In this document: positions 1-10,365 of the stretch, piece after piece | Numbering within the stretch: the first letter of the stretch is position 1 | How the letters are laid out: every line of letters starts with the position of its first letter | Sequence record: KP869102 | Length of the DNA stretch: 64,000 nucleotides | Source: Escherichia coli O157 typing phage 4 | Reading direction: 5' to 3' (one strand) | The notes under the pieces: generated by a model | Database searches by the model: none | The model's input: the letters and a program-made list of their open reading frames with translations, nothing else | What the model was told of the DNA's origin: nothing | Position numbers and translations under genes: made by a program

Positions 1-499
1 TGGTTATTTCAGCCTTAATTCCCTGAAGATCCTCAAAAGCCCCAATGTCTGTTTCAACAAACCTTACGTTAAATGTCAGCATCACAGTGGCTCTATTTTC
101 ATACGTCTGCTTATTCAACGGCACTCTTTGAGGTGAGATTGTTGAATTGTTAGAGTAGGCAAAGCACGATCCCAGAGGGAAATACTTGTCATAAAACATT
201 GGAAGGTTTATTGCTTGCAATACTCTGCTAAGTGCAGCATATGCCCTGCCACGATAAGCTGTTAACAGATAAGTAACAGTGTAACTGTGGGTGACGTAAG
301 CATTACCCTCCGCATCTTGAAACTCATTATCTTCCCAAGTGGTGGGATTGATCGCCAAGGTTTGTAAAAGTACAAACTCACCTTCCGGCTTCGGTATGGT
401 AGAGCTTTCTGCCAGAACTACAGTTCTTCCTGTGGCAACCTTGACGAGCTTAGCAATGGTTGTTTCAAGATCAGAAAAAACTTTTTCGAAAGCTTCCAT
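1..499 (-). CDS. virion structural protein, partial (3-prime end lies beyond window start)
   Basis: Stop-free minus-strand frame from ATG at 499 to window edge; start overlaps upstream stop (TGATG); downstream of head genes. Confidence 0.45.
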   Translation of the reverse strand, partial: MEAFEKVFSDLETTIAKLVKVATGRTVVLAESSTIPKPEGEFVLLQTLAINPTTWEDNEFQDAEGNAYVTHSYTVTYLLTAYRGRAYAALSRVLQAINLPMFYDKYFPLGSCFAYSNNSTISPQRVPLNKQTYENRATVMLTFNVRFVETDIGAFEDLQGIKAEIT

Positions 500-924
500 C
501 AGTTTTCTCCTTCAGGCTCTTCTACCACAAAAAATCTATATCTCCCACCACCAGAGGTAACATATGCATCGCATTTTAAAACAGTAAACCATTTCAAGTC
601 ACCACGGATGTCAGGCAGCTGAATTTGGTCAGCCATTGCATATGTTCCTTCGTCCGGACTATACAACTTGGTTGAGGAGTAAACTGTAAAAGCCTCGTAC
701 TGTCTGTCACCTTCAGGGTTTATTTGAGAGGAGTAATCTTTAGCTGCCCTTCCTGTCAACGGCTGCACAACACAATCTAAGACATCAAACTCTTCATACT
801 CAAGTTCTAACCCCTCGTTGGCAAAAGGGCCACCAACTGTTTTGTTATACACTCTGTGGCGACCTTTGAATGTTTTACGAGGTATTAGTCTGTTCTTTCC
901 TATCAGCTTATAACCTGCTGCCAC
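499..924 (-). CDS. hypothetical virion/head-tail joining protein
   Basis: 141-aa ORF co-oriented with and downstream of capsid genes. Confidence 0.45.
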   Translation of the reverse strand: MAAGYKLIGKNRLIPRKTFKGRHRVYNKTVGGPFANEGLELEYEEFDVLDCVVQPLTGRAAKDYSSQINPEGDRQYEAFTVYSSTKLYSPDEGTYAMADQIQLPDIRGDLKWFTVLKCDAYVTSGGGRYRFFVVEEPEGEN

Positions 925-940
925 TCAACCCCCTTATTTT

Positions 941-1411
941 TTACTGTCCGATTTTAAAGGTTGCAGATTCAAGCAGCACATCGTAATGCCGCATAGCCTC
1001 GTTGAAGCCTTTCTCTTGTGCCCACTGCTCGCTAACAGTAGGATTACTAAACTGCCCAGCCTCAATAACAAACTGGATAGCTTTGGCCCCTGTGTCCCCC
1101 ATCTGCTTAAGAATAGCCTCTGCACTTGATCCCCTAGCCATAGCTCTCAACAATTTTTCTGTCAAGGTCTGTAGTTGAGTGCTGTGAAATGCAAAAGCTG
1201 TCTCCATGAAATTGCGAACAGGCAGCCCGTTCCAACCGAAGTTGTGAATGGCTGCCAATGTTGCCATATTTAAGCCTGACGGGTGAGGTTCGTCATAAAA
1301 GCCGTAGGTTATTGTTTTACTTTCAAGTCTCACAAGTTCTTTGTAGAAGCGATCTAAACGCTTTAGGTTGAAACTTGTTTGACATTTAACCTTTAGCATT
1401 ATATTCCTCAC
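941..1411 (-). CDS. hypothetical virion protein
   Basis: 156-aa ORF in structural gene string. Confidence 0.45.
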   Translation of the reverse strand: MRNIMLKVKCQTSFNLKRLDRFYKELVRLESKTITYGFYDEPHPSGLNMATLAAIHNFGWNGLPVRNFMETAFAFHSTQLQTLTEKLLRAMARGSSAEAILKQMGDTGAKAIQFVIEAGQFSNPTVSEQWAQEKGFNEAMRHYDVLLESATFKIGQ

Positions 1412-1452
1412 TAATGTATTTTACCACAAAGATACATCAAAAGCAACAATTT

Positions 1453-2073
1453 TTAAAAACTGCGTTTGCGTCTTGGGTGGCGAGGAGGTTGATTATTTAG
1501 ACCACTGATAGGTGTAATCCCCTGAACATCGAACGGTCCGTTACTGTTTTCATTAAATTTAACCCGAATTCCTTCGTCTACACGAACACCACCAATGATA
1601 ATCATTCTGCTATAAGCATCTAGCTCAGAGTCTACATAATCTGGGTGTGCCAGCAGCCAATCAAGAAAATCTTTCCACTGAGCGTAGGAAGATCCACCAC
1701 GAATCTCTATGGTCTCATCACCTATTTTTTCCAGACGAGAAGTTATACTTGCATTACCACTGGAAACTTCCTGCATCATCAGCCACCGCACAAGCTGCAC
1801 AAGCACATTGTACTTAAGCAGGGGTAGCTTATCAGGGTCTGCCGGATAATTTAGTTTCAGCTTCTCCATGTCAAGGAATGTTTTAATTACCCCATCAGGG
1901 AGTGTTTCCTCATCAACATTTCCAAGCAATAACCTCATAATATCAATAAGAGGTTGGTCTGGATCAGGTTCTGGGGGCACAGGATCTTCTTTTGGTGGTT
2001 CTTCTGGGGTATCGACTACACCATCATGGTTAGGCGGTGACGGGATAATCTCTTCATCTTCATACCATGCCAT
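1453..2073 (-). CDS. hypothetical virion protein (Pro/Glu-rich N-terminus)
   Basis: ORF trimmed to internal ATG (MAWYEDEE) with GAGG RBS; track ORF 1453..2130. Confidence 0.4.
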   Translation of the reverse strand: MAWYEDEEIIPSPPNHDGVVDTPEEPPKEDPVPPEPDPDQPLIDIMRLLLGNVDEETLPDGVIKTFLDMEKLKLNYPADPDKLPLLKYNVLVQLVRWLMMQEVSSGNASITSRLEKIGDETIEIRGGSSYAQWKDFLDWLLAHPDYVDSELDAYSRMIIIGGVRVDEGIRVKFNENSNGPFDVQGITPISGLNNQPPRHPRRKRSF

Positions 2074-2132
2074 TTGAAAATACCTCGTAAAAATAAAGCC
2101 CCATTCCTGATTTGGAAGGGGCCTTAACAAAA

Positions 2133-2987
2133 TTATGCCAGTGCAGCCTCAAAATCTTTCATCATATTTTGGAAAGTTTTTGCCTTACTTAAGGTAACAC
2201 CGTGCTCTTTAGCGAAGGTTTGGAGTGCATCTTTCGAACCACTTTTGTCATCTTCGTTGTTAAGAGCTGAGGCTTGCTGTAGTATGGCATCAATATCATT
2301 ACCGGAAGATCTTGATTCTTGTGCCTGTTCAGGATCCTGCTTAGTTCCTTCCGTACCATCCGGTGCGGTAGGGCCTGGTGATTCCTCACTGCCACCACCA
2401 GGTTCAGTAGGACCTACAGGTGGCTCCGGCTCTGGTTCAGGTTCTGGGGCTACTGTAGAAGTCAGCCCAAGATTTACAACCTGAGAACGTTTCTTAGGCC
2501 ACTCAATGGTGAAAGTCTGGGTATCTTCTGCATAAGCAACATCGCATTGCTCATCGTTTATGGTCACTTTTTTGGGCATCCCTTCAGGGTCCCACAGATG
2601 ACCTTCTGCTACGGAAACCTTGAAAGCAGCATCTACCTCTTTAAACACCGAAGGAGTGAGTGTAATATTGACATCACCGCTTTGAAGTGTTAAAGTGCTT
2701 TCATCAAGATTTTCTGTGAAGAACAGAAGAATAACACCCATACGGATGGTTGAAATGCCTGTATCAATTGGCAGGCCTGTGTGTTTTGCAATCTTCTCGA
2801 AGAAGTCTACAATCGTTCTGCATGGATAGTGAACACTTCCAATAACGAACTCTGTTGGTGGAAGCAGGGCTGATAAACCAACATTGATTTCTGGATTGTA
2901 TTGTGCTAAAAATTGATAAAAACTTAACTGATTGTTGAAAACTCTTAATAGAGGATCATACTCGACTGGATATACGGCTCTCTTCAC
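2133..2987 (-). CDS. virion structural protein with PEPEPEPEP linker
   Basis: 284-aa ORF directly downstream of major capsid gene; two domains joined by Pro-Glu repeat. Confidence 0.5.
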   Translation of the reverse strand: MKRAVYPVEYDPLLRVFNNQLSFYQFLAQYNPEINVGLSALLPPTEFVIGSVHYPCRTIVDFFEKIAKHTGLPIDTGISTIRMGVILLFFTENLDESTLTLQSGDVNITLTPSVFKEVDAAFKVSVAEGHLWDPEGMPKKVTINDEQCDVAYAEDTQTFTIEWPKKRSQVVNLGLTSTVAPEPEPEPEPPVGPTEPGGGSEESPGPTAPDGTEGTKQDPEQAQESRSSGNDIDAILQQASALNNEDDKSGSKDALQTFAKEHGVTLSKAKTFQNMMKDFEAALA

Positions 2988-3068
2988 GGGACACTCCTGT
3001 TAAACCCTAATAAATAAAAAAGGGGAGGGGAGAACCCCCTCCCCATATGGGATGAATCACATTAGTGA

Positions 3069-4091
3069 TTATTCACTTTTCAGAGTTACTTTAACAACCA
3101 GCTCTGGGCGGGTGTTAACTGCCAGCATGGAAGTTTCAGATTCGATTTTCTGTTCTCTCAGGTAGGCAGAGTGTTTATACCACATATACAGCTCTTGAGC
3201 TGGGGTATTTGCATCTTCCAGAGTGTCAGCCGGAGCAAAGTGCAGCTGGAACATCTGATCGATACCCATAGGCATCAGACGAGCCTCACCGTCCGGAATG
3301 TTGCCAGAGATGTCTTCGATGAAGGTCATACCCTTGTGTTCAAACACACGGTAAATGCTCTGTTCACCACCTGCACCCAGACGACGACGCAGCGGTTCCT
3401 GAGAAGAGCTGTAGTAGGTGTAAGCCAGCTCTACCAGCGGGTGATGAACCAGTGCTGAGAAGAATTTCGGAGAGCACAGCGCGATGATGTTATAAGCACC
3501 AGCGTTGTCACCAGCCTGCAGAGCAATGTGCAGACGTGCATCTTCGATTACTTCCATCGGGTCCTGTGCTGCATTTTTAGGATCGATTTCGATAGATTTC
3601 TGGGAAACGCCCCACAGTTTGTAATAGTCATACTGACAGGTGGTGTCGCCAGGGGCATATGATTTACCCAGAACTGCAGCAAACAGCGCTTTTTCACGCA
3701 GAGTTTCGTGGGTCAGACGGATACGACGAACCACACGGGTAACTACGTCCTGAACAGTTTTCGGTGCATCAGGGGTGAAGTAGCGACGGAAGTTCTGAAC
3801 ATCCGCAGCGGTGATGCCTTTATCCAGCGGGAAGAACGGGATGTTCAGGTTTTTGATCTGAGCACGTTCGCTACCAACGTAGTTACGTTCACCACCACGG
3901 CGACGTGCAGCAATATCACCAACCACTTCATCTACACGTTCAATCTGTGCGATTGTTGAGGTGCCTAGATGAGTTTCAAACAGATCCATACCAGTGATCA
4001 GTCGGAATTGGCGCGGAACCAGTTCAAGAGTAGCACCTAAATCAACAATACCAAAATCATCTTTACGGGTGTTAGCCATTATTTTCTCCAA
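3069..4091 (-). CDS. major capsid protein
   Basis: 340-aa ORF at the lambda gpE position (portal-scaffold-decoration-capsid order); GC-richer codon usage than surroundings. Confidence 0.75.
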   Translation of the reverse strand: MEKIMANTRKDDFGIVDLGATLELVPRQFRLITGMDLFETHLGTSTIAQIERVDEVVGDIAARRRGGERNYVGSERAQIKNLNIPFFPLDKGITAADVQNFRRYFTPDAPKTVQDVVTRVVRRIRLTHETLREKALFAAVLGKSYAPGDTTCQYDYYKLWGVSQKSIEIDPKNAAQDPMEVIEDARLHIALQAGDNAGAYNIIALCSPKFFSALVHHPLVELAYTYYSSSQEPLRRRLGAGGEQSIYRVFEHKGMTFIEDISGNIPDGEARLMPMGIDQMFQLHFAPADTLEDANTPAQELYMWYKHSAYLREQKIESETSMLAVNTRPELVVKVTLKSE

Positions 4092-4125
4092 ATAACTTTA
4101 AAATTTATTTCCCAAAGATCTAGGA

Positions 4126-4500
4126 TTATTCCTGAACTTTGTTGCCTTTGGCTTCAAGCGCTGCCAGAACTGCTTCAGCTGCCGCTGTGCCGCCAGCAAC
4201 TTTCAAATGAGCTTTAGCGAAGGTTACACCGCGAACAGCAACAACCAGCTTGTACTTCTCGCCAACTTTCAGCGGTTCTGCAAGATTTACACGACCAGCA
4301 GAGTCGGGCAGAAGCGCACGGTCAACCAGCACACCAAAGGTGTCTGAACCATCTTGATTAGCCAGAGTACCGGTTTTGGTAACTACTGCGCCAGCAACGT
4401 GATCAGCAGTGAGAGTGATTTCAATTTCTTTAAAGTTGAAACCTGCATCGCTAGAATCAACTTTGCCGAGCACGATATCAGAATATTGAGTGGTGATCAT
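4126..4500 (-). CDS. putative head decoration protein
   Basis: 124-aa ORF between scaffold and capsid genes (lambda gpD position); sequence itself not clearly gpD-like. Confidence 0.45.
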   Translation of the reverse strand: MITTQYSDIVLGKVDSSDAGFNFKEIEITLTADHVAGAVVTKTGTLANQDGSDTFGVLVDRALLPDSAGRVNLAEPLKVGEKYKLVVAVRGVTFAKAHLKVAGGTAAAEAVLAALEAKGNKVQE

Positions 4501-4521
4501 TATTTTCCCCTATTAAACAAA

Positions 4522-5502
4522 TTATTTATTGGATTCTTTACGTGCGCGAGCCAGAGCTTTAGCGACGTTTTCAGCAATAATGTCTTCAGCAGATTTAGCA
4601 ATGTCGTCCACCACGACATCACCATCTTTACCTTGCTCTGTGGTTGCGAACTCTTCTTTAGCTTTTTCAACTTTAGCTTCCAGTTCAGCAATACGAGCTT
4701 GAGCTTTTTCCAGCAATTCAACAACAGGGGCGTTAGCTTTATCCAGCATGAATTCGACCAGAGGTGCGTGGTCTTCTTCAGTGGTGAAGCTTAACGCCTG
4801 AGCTTTTTCCAGCATTTTAGCTTTTTCAACTTCTACCTGAGCCTTGATGATTTCTTCAGCTTTTTCATTGGTAGCTTTCAGTTCTTCGAACTGTTTCAGC
4901 AGGTCCAGGTACTCTTGAGACTTGGTTACGTCTTCCACCGGATTCTCCTCGGTATTTGCGGATTTATCAACATTGTCCACAGCGTCTGTAACAACTTCTT
5001 CTGTGGTTTCCTGTGCCGCTTTAATAAGTTTCCCTTCTTCATCGAAGAGATCAGCGGTCATCTGCTCAAAAACTTGTTGGGTTTTCAACAGAGTGTATTG
5101 GTCAACAATACTTAAATCTTTACCTTCTTTAGCAGCTTTGTGAATGGTTACGTTATCACAACGTTCTTCTAACCACTGCACACAAGCCTCTGCATCAGCC
5201 TGTGCCCACTCCCAATCTGGGTGTTCTTTTGCCCAAGCTTCTTCCTCAATCTCGAACCCAAGCAGGTGAGCCAGTGCCTTAGCATCGTCATACCACATAT
5301 CGAAAAAACGACGCAGGTATTCTTCAAAGCTAAGTTCAACAGTAACTTGGCGAAGAGCCTTAACGATATCCTCTGTTAACTGCTCGGGCTTAAGATCGCT
5401 CTTCATTAAAAGAGATACAGGCCTATTGTTAGCGCTATAGCCTTGCGCCTTGTGGCACAGGGCAATCCCTTTCTCTTTAATAGTGATTGTTTTTTCAGAC
5501 AT
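4522..5502 (-). CDS. putative capsid scaffolding protein
   Basis: 326-aa acidic, coiled-coil-rich protein (AELEAKVEKAKEE) upstream of capsid gene. Confidence 0.5.
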   Translation of the reverse strand: MSEKTITIKEKGIALCHKAQGYSANNRPVSLLMKSDLKPEQLTEDIVKALRQVTVELSFEEYLRRFFDMWYDDAKALAHLLGFEIEEEAWAKEHPDWEWAQADAEACVQWLEERCDNVTIHKAAKEGKDLSIVDQYTLLKTQQVFEQMTADLFDEEGKLIKAAQETTEEVVTDAVDNVDKSANTEENPVEDVTKSQEYLDLLKQFEELKATNEKAEEIIKAQVEVEKAKMLEKAQALSFTTEEDHAPLVEFMLDKANAPVVELLEKAQARIAELEAKVEKAKEEFATTEQGKDGDVVVDDIAKSAEDIIAENVAKALARARKESNK

Positions 5503-5933
5503 TACTCATTGCCCTCTTCTACAACACTGATCCCGAAGTTTACGTTGGTGATCTCGCCAGTTTCTTCATCAACATTGCCAGTTGCCTGAATGCTTAGTCC
5601 ACCAACAATGCCAGCCTTCTTAGCTTCCCATAATTCAGGATTGTTGTATTTAACTTTAGCAACCCAAGAGCCAGCCTTGATGACCTGCTCAGTACCAATT
5701 ACCACAACATCAAACTCTTCTTGAATCCACGTCTTTTCAATAGTGAATGCATCTGTGGAGGTCAAGTGGAAAAGGTTTTCAGAAACTAGGCCTGCGGCGT
5801 ATGCTGCGTCCCAATTATCTTTAGCCTTTTTGATGGTGTCTTTACTCATCCACTCACCGTGAGCGTCTTTAGTGTCCGGTTCGTAGATGATTTCGTAGGA
5901 AATCATTTCTTCCTGTGGCATCTTATTCCCCAT
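5502..5933 (-). CDS. hypothetical head morphogenesis protein (protease position)
   Basis: ORF between portal and scaffold; trimmed to internal ATG to avoid portal overlap. Confidence 0.3.
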   Translation of the reverse strand: MGNKMPQEEMISYEIIYEPDTKDAHGEWMSKDTIKKAKDNWDAAYAAGLVSENLFHLTSTDAFTIEKTWIQEEFDVVVIGTEQVIKAGSWVAKVKYNNPELWEAKKAGIVGGLSIQATGNVDEETGEITNVNFGISVVEEGNE

Positions 5934-5988
5934 GTGGATTATTTTATCACGCCAAAGGAGGTTTTGCAACCCCCTGTGTTGATAATTT

Positions 5989-7545
5989 TTAATTTTCCAT
6001 GTTGGATATGGAATTATCTCTGGTTGATGACATCTTAGAAGTGCCGTTGCCAGTGGATCCTGCAGCCATACCATCACCAGCCCTGCTGATATCCTGGCCC
6101 AAGAGCTTCATCAGCTCTTCTTGATCCATGTCTTCGTCAAATCTTTCATCAAACCCGCCTACTTCAAGAATCTTATTAATTACTGCAGGAGTTTTTGGCA
6201 AGTAACCTACAGCACCGATCCTCTGGACAAACTTGGAGAAGCTCTCCATGTCCACTTCTTCAATCAGACCAGGTTTCAGTTTAGGCATATCATCATCTTC
6301 AAGGATGATACCATTCAATGCCAGAAGCTGTGGAATAAGATCCTTATTGAAGGCTTCAGTGATAATATCTATATCACGCTGAACAAAATGACCATGGATA
6401 GACTGTTTTGACTCAGACAGAGAGAAGGATCCAACGTTATCGTTACCGAGGTTAATAAAGCCAGCACCGAAACGGTCAAGAATCGCCTTCTTACGGGCAT
6501 CGATCAAATCTTTAGTGGAATATTGCTTACCCATACCGTCAACCCCCTTCAGGGTCATGGAGTAAAGCTCTTTACCAGACTTATCTCTATCAGACGGAAG
6601 TATAAAGAAACTTTGCTCACCACTATGGGCGTTTGCTGCGTCAAGCATAAGGTCTGCAACCATTCTCCCTTCCATTGAATTCGGGTCAATACTGGCCTTG
6701 TTCAAAATATTGGAAGGAATTTTCAGCTCAAGCACCCCACCAAGGTCTTTGGAACAGCCAACAACCTCAAGGTTTTCAATCAGAACTTTCTCACGGAAAG
6801 ATCTGTAGCAACCTATCATCGGTGACACACCTGCAGGGTTAGATTCTGTTCCTGACAGGGTCATGAGCATAAGCTTTTTAGCAGGGATGAAAATTTCAGG
6901 CTCATTAAAGCCTTTTGAAGGCATTGCAGCAAGAGGTCCAGCCCAGCGTGCATTCTGAGTGTTTAGAAATGCATTAGGTGACTGATAAATACCTGTCAGT
7001 GTTCTACTATTCTTGTCAAAGACAAACGGCTCTGATCTGGACAAACTGGCCTGAGGTCGGAATGCAATTTTATCAATAAGAAGCATCCCGGCATATTTAC
7101 CTTCTTTCTCTCTGCGGTATACTTTCTCAAACAGTGAAAAACCATACTCGTTAAAGGTAGCTGCGCTTCTTGCAATATCCCGAAGGGTTTGTTGGTTTGC
7201 CAAATTACGCAAAGAATACTCTATAAGCTCGGCAGCTTTCTTAGAGTCTTCACTTTTAACATTATAAAGGATCTTAAAATCATTGAATGCTTTCGTGATG
7301 AAAACATATTTTGTATCTAAGGCAGTAGCAACTGTGGAATCACATTTCATAGTCTCCACTGTGGCAATCAGCTGAGGCCAACGCAATTCCTCAACCATCA
7401 TAGATTGCGATTCTGCCATAATTTGGGAAAGTGCGCCAGAACCGATCTCACTCATACGAACATTATGAGTTGGTGCGCCTGCGTTCCCAGATTTATTCAC
7501 AGTTTTGGCTGTGGCGTTGTGTTTCCTGCGGTTCTTTTTGGACAC
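5989..7545 (-). CDS. portal protein
   Basis: 518-aa ORF immediately downstream of terminase large subunit; size and synteny. Confidence 0.65.
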   Translation of the reverse strand: MSKKNRRKHNATAKTVNKSGNAGAPTHNVRMSEIGSGALSQIMAESQSMMVEELRWPQLIATVETMKCDSTVATALDTKYVFITKAFNDFKILYNVKSEDSKKAAELIEYSLRNLANQQTLRDIARSAATFNEYGFSLFEKVYRREKEGKYAGMLLIDKIAFRPQASLSRSEPFVFDKNSRTLTGIYQSPNAFLNTQNARWAGPLAAMPSKGFNEPEIFIPAKKLMLMTLSGTESNPAGVSPMIGCYRSFREKVLIENLEVVGCSKDLGGVLELKIPSNILNKASIDPNSMEGRMVADLMLDAANAHSGEQSFFILPSDRDKSGKELYSMTLKGVDGMGKQYSTKDLIDARKKAILDRFGAGFINLGNDNVGSFSLSESKQSIHGHFVQRDIDIITEAFNKDLIPQLLALNGIILEDDDMPKLKPGLIEEVDMESFSKFVQRIGAVGYLPKTPAVINKILEVGGFDERFDEDMDQEELMKLLGQDISRAGDGMAAGSTGNGTSKMSSTRDNSISNMEN

Positions 7546-7647
7546 AAGCTTTACCCCTCAAAACAGTATAACAAAATAGCCCTCGTGTTAGAGGGCTAGT
7601 ATCTCCGATTACTCTATTCTACCACATCTAATTAAGATTGGCAACAC

Positions 7648-8736
7648 TTAGATAAAACGCTTGAACATAGAAGGTGATGAGATTGATGGAATCACACAAG
7701 GAAGTGCTACCTCCTCTTTCTCCAGGAAATTAATCGCAGAAGCTACACAGTCGGCCCAGTCGTCTTTCCTGTTAAATGTTGATCTTTCCCCGTTGAATTT
7801 TTCAAGTTCAGTCAGAAATGCTTCCAGAGTATCAGGATGGAAACTGGATTTTACAATCCTAACCATTCCTTGTTGGGCAAGATTGGCAAAAGGTGAGAAC
7901 CTTGTCAGTTTAGATTTGTTGGAAGGCATTGGGTCTTCTTCAACCCTAAACCCTTCGGCGAGCAAGGATCTGGAGGATGTTAAGAACTCACTCTTACCTG
8001 CCTGACCGGGGTCCACAGAGAATACGATTATACAATCATCACCATCAAACTGCGCCTGTTTCCTGATGATCACATCTCGTTCACCAGCCTTTTTACAGAA
8101 CTTGCCTTCCAGACCTGTGGAATACCTCCCGTCATCCACGTTCTCAGGACAATAATCACCGGACAGGTAATAAAAGCCGTCGCTATCTTTACTTACCTTA
8201 ACACTGGCGGTAAAGTCAGGAAATTTATTACCGGAAGTTCTCTCGGTTCCTGCCTTATCCCATGCCCTGCAAGATACTGATCCAAGGGGTACTCTATCGG
8301 CATCACGAAGGAAAGATCTTTGAAAATAGTTTGCACCCTCAGGCTTTGCAAACCAGTTGCCATGAAGAAGCTGGGCTTTTTCAAGCTCGGGCAGACCTTC
8401 AAGAAAAGCAAGGTATTCTGGGTTGTCTCTCAAGCAGACAGGATTATCGAAGATTGTTGCGCCTATAAACGAGAATGACAACGGTCTTGGCTTGATCTCT
8501 ACACCAAGTCCGTTAACCGTGGTGTATTTCTCTATCAACTCTTCCTTAGAGTCTCCCCAAATAAATTCACCGTCGCGTCGGATAAAATATCTTTTCTTAC
8601 CGCATTTCTCCGGATCTGGATACCCTTCATCGTCCAACCACCATCTAACCAGTTTGGCAAGCATGTGTTCTGAATCTGGGTTACAGCTGATAACCATTCT
8701 TGATGGATACTTTGACTGAGATCGCAGACGAGACAT
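7648..8736 (-). CDS. terL: terminase large subunit, C-terminal nuclease part (exon 2 or separately translated half)
   Basis: 362 aa with terminase-like VISCNP segment; continues the Walker A/B-containing ORF at 9650..10078. Confidence 0.75.
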   Translation of the reverse strand: MSRLRSQSKYPSRMVISCNPDSEHMLAKLVRWWLDDEGYPDPEKCGKKRYFIRRDGEFIWGDSKEELIEKYTTVNGLGVEIKPRPLSFSFIGATIFDNPVCLRDNPEYLAFLEGLPELEKAQLLHGNWFAKPEGANYFQRSFLRDADRVPLGSVSCRAWDKAGTERTSGNKFPDFTASVKVSKDSDGFYYLSGDYCPENVDDGRYSTGLEGKFCKKAGERDVIIRKQAQFDGDDCIIVFSVDPGQAGKSEFLTSSRSLLAEGFRVEEDPMPSNKSKLTRFSPFANLAQQGMVRIVKSSFHPDTLEAFLTELEKFNGERSTFNRKDDWADCVASAINFLEKEEVALPCVIPSISSPSMFKRFI

Positions 8737-9649
8737 CAGGTAGTCTATCTGTTCCCATTCGAATTGTGTCGTTTATGTTCAGGCAAGGTCGCTAGTCTTG
8801 CCCCGCCATTTTCAGGCAGCTGCATGTCTCCATGCAGACCAGACTATATCTTATGAATGTGTAAATACTCTGCCGCTCTAAGAATAGTTTCCTCATCTTC
8901 TTGGAAGAAACCTAAAGCTCTGTTGCATTTATCACAAAGCAACCCTCTTACAGCACCAGTTTTATGGTCATGATCAACACAAAAGAAATCTCTGTACCCT
9001 TGCGTCCTATACTCATCGAGAGATATTCTACAAATGGCACACTTATGATCTTGATCTGAGAGTAGACGATAGTATTCATCTTTTGTTATGTGAAATTTCT
9101 TCTCAATCTGATAAAACTTTTCACACATCTTACACCTGTTCGTAACCAGATATACTTTACCATAGTCACGTTTTGTGTAAAAACTATCAGCGAGCATACT
9201 TTCATGACAAGATTTGCATTCAAAAAGTTCACCTTTCTTCAGCAAGTCTTGAATAAATAATGCTGCGTCATCTCTCTTAACCATATTTTTGTTTTTACGA
9301 GATCCACCCTTCCTGTAGTACATATAGCATTCCTTGCATGTACCTGAGTATCCATCCTTGCTCTTAGATGATAAAAAGAAATCATCAATAGGTAGAACTC
9401 TTTGGCAATCCATACATTTTTTAGTATTACACATTCACCCTCCCGTTTCGAATCGCTTGATTCTACGTCTTTCGACTAGTCGTTGAACGTTCATCCTCTC
9501 GGATGCTTCGCTGCGGATTATCTAAACTAACACACTGTTACCATACCTTCGATCTCTCTTCGAAGCCTCTATCATGTTACCATGACAGGTTGGTGGTGTC
9601 AATAATAAAGATTTCCCCGCAATTAGGGAGGTTTTACGAGAGCTACAAA
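8737..9649 (-). mobile_element. intervening sequence in terL: candidate group I intron (or free-standing HEG insertion)
   Basis: ~910 bp between the two terL halves; contains endonuclease ORF flanked by 215-nt and ~107-nt non-coding segments. Confidence 0.6.
8844..9434 (-). CDS. homing endonuclease, endonuclease VII/HNH family
   Basis: Cys-rich N-terminus plus CVDHDHKTGAVRGLLCDKCN motif (Endo VII-type HNH). Confidence 0.75.
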   Translation of the reverse strand: MCNTKKCMDCQRVLPIDDFFLSSKSKDGYSGTCKECYMYYRKGGSRKNKNMVKRDDAALFIQDLLKKGELFECKSCHESMLADSFYTKRDYGKVYLVTNRCKMCEKFYQIEKKFHITKDEYYRLLSDQDHKCAICRISLDEYRTQGYRDFFCVDHDHKTGAVRGLLCDKCNRALGFFQEDEETILRAAEYLHIHKI

Positions 9650-10078
9650 TTAACCCTCATCGAAGCAAACCATGGTGTACTCAAGCCCTTGATGGTTAAG
9701 CTTATCTTGTACATACTCCATGTGGCAGTATTTTACAACAGCTCCCTTTTTGCTTCTATCCCACTTGCCAGTGTTCGGATCAAACCGTGGAAAAATGAAC
9801 TTATGATCCTTCTCTCTGAACTTTGGCTTAATGTTTTCAGGCAGATCGCTATAAATAGCTACTGCTTTAGGCCATAGTCCACCCTCACCTTCCAACTGTG
9901 GGGTTGTTCTTCGGAACATAACCACAGAGCTGTGGGGGTCATCAATAATTTTAAGTGGCATCAACTGCAAGAGAAACGACTTGCCAGACCCTGCGGCACC
10001 GCCGATTACCAAAATATCTGCATCGTTTTCGAGGATCATCTTCTGCTTTTCAGAACACGGTCCGTAAATCTTAGACAT
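9650..10078 (-). CDS. terL: terminase large subunit, N-terminal ATPase part (exon 1)
   Basis: Walker A GGAAGSGKS and Walker B VCFDE; ORF ends at a stop right after Walker B. Confidence 0.8.
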   Translation of the reverse strand: MSKIYGPCSEKQKMILENDADILVIGGAAGSGKSFLLQLMPLKIIDDPHSSVVMFRRTTPQLEGEGGLWPKAVAIYSDLPENIKPKFREKDHKFIFPRFDPNTGKWDRSKKGAVVKYCHMEYVQDKLNHQGLEYTMVCFDEG

Positions 10079-10365
10079 TAACCTCTCTCCTTTGGAAACA
10101 GTGTTCTAATATAGTCTTGCAAAATGATCAATTTAGCTCTATCATTGCTACAAGACAAATTATTATCCCTCATAATGCCAGAATTTACTGCATCTGGAGC
10201 ACCTTTCTTCAAAGGCATAGCTTTAGCAGGTGGTTTCATGGCACCTTCCGGGGGTTTAACAATCAACCTTCCTACATCTGGAGGGTCAATCTTGTATTCT
10301 CTCTCAACGCTGGTTGCACACCCACATAATAAAAAGCACACAATAAACAGTGCAGCAACTCTCAT
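10078..10365 (-). CDS. o-spanin (Rz1-like outer membrane lipoprotein)
   Basis: Signal peptide with lipobox LLCGC, Pro-rich body; 4-bp overlap with upstream i-spanin. Confidence 0.55.
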   Translation of the reverse strand: MRVAALFIVCFLLCGCATSVEREYKIDPPDVGRLIVKPPEGAMKPPAKAMPLKKGAPDAVNSGIMRDNNLSCSNDRAKLIILQDYIRTLFPKERG

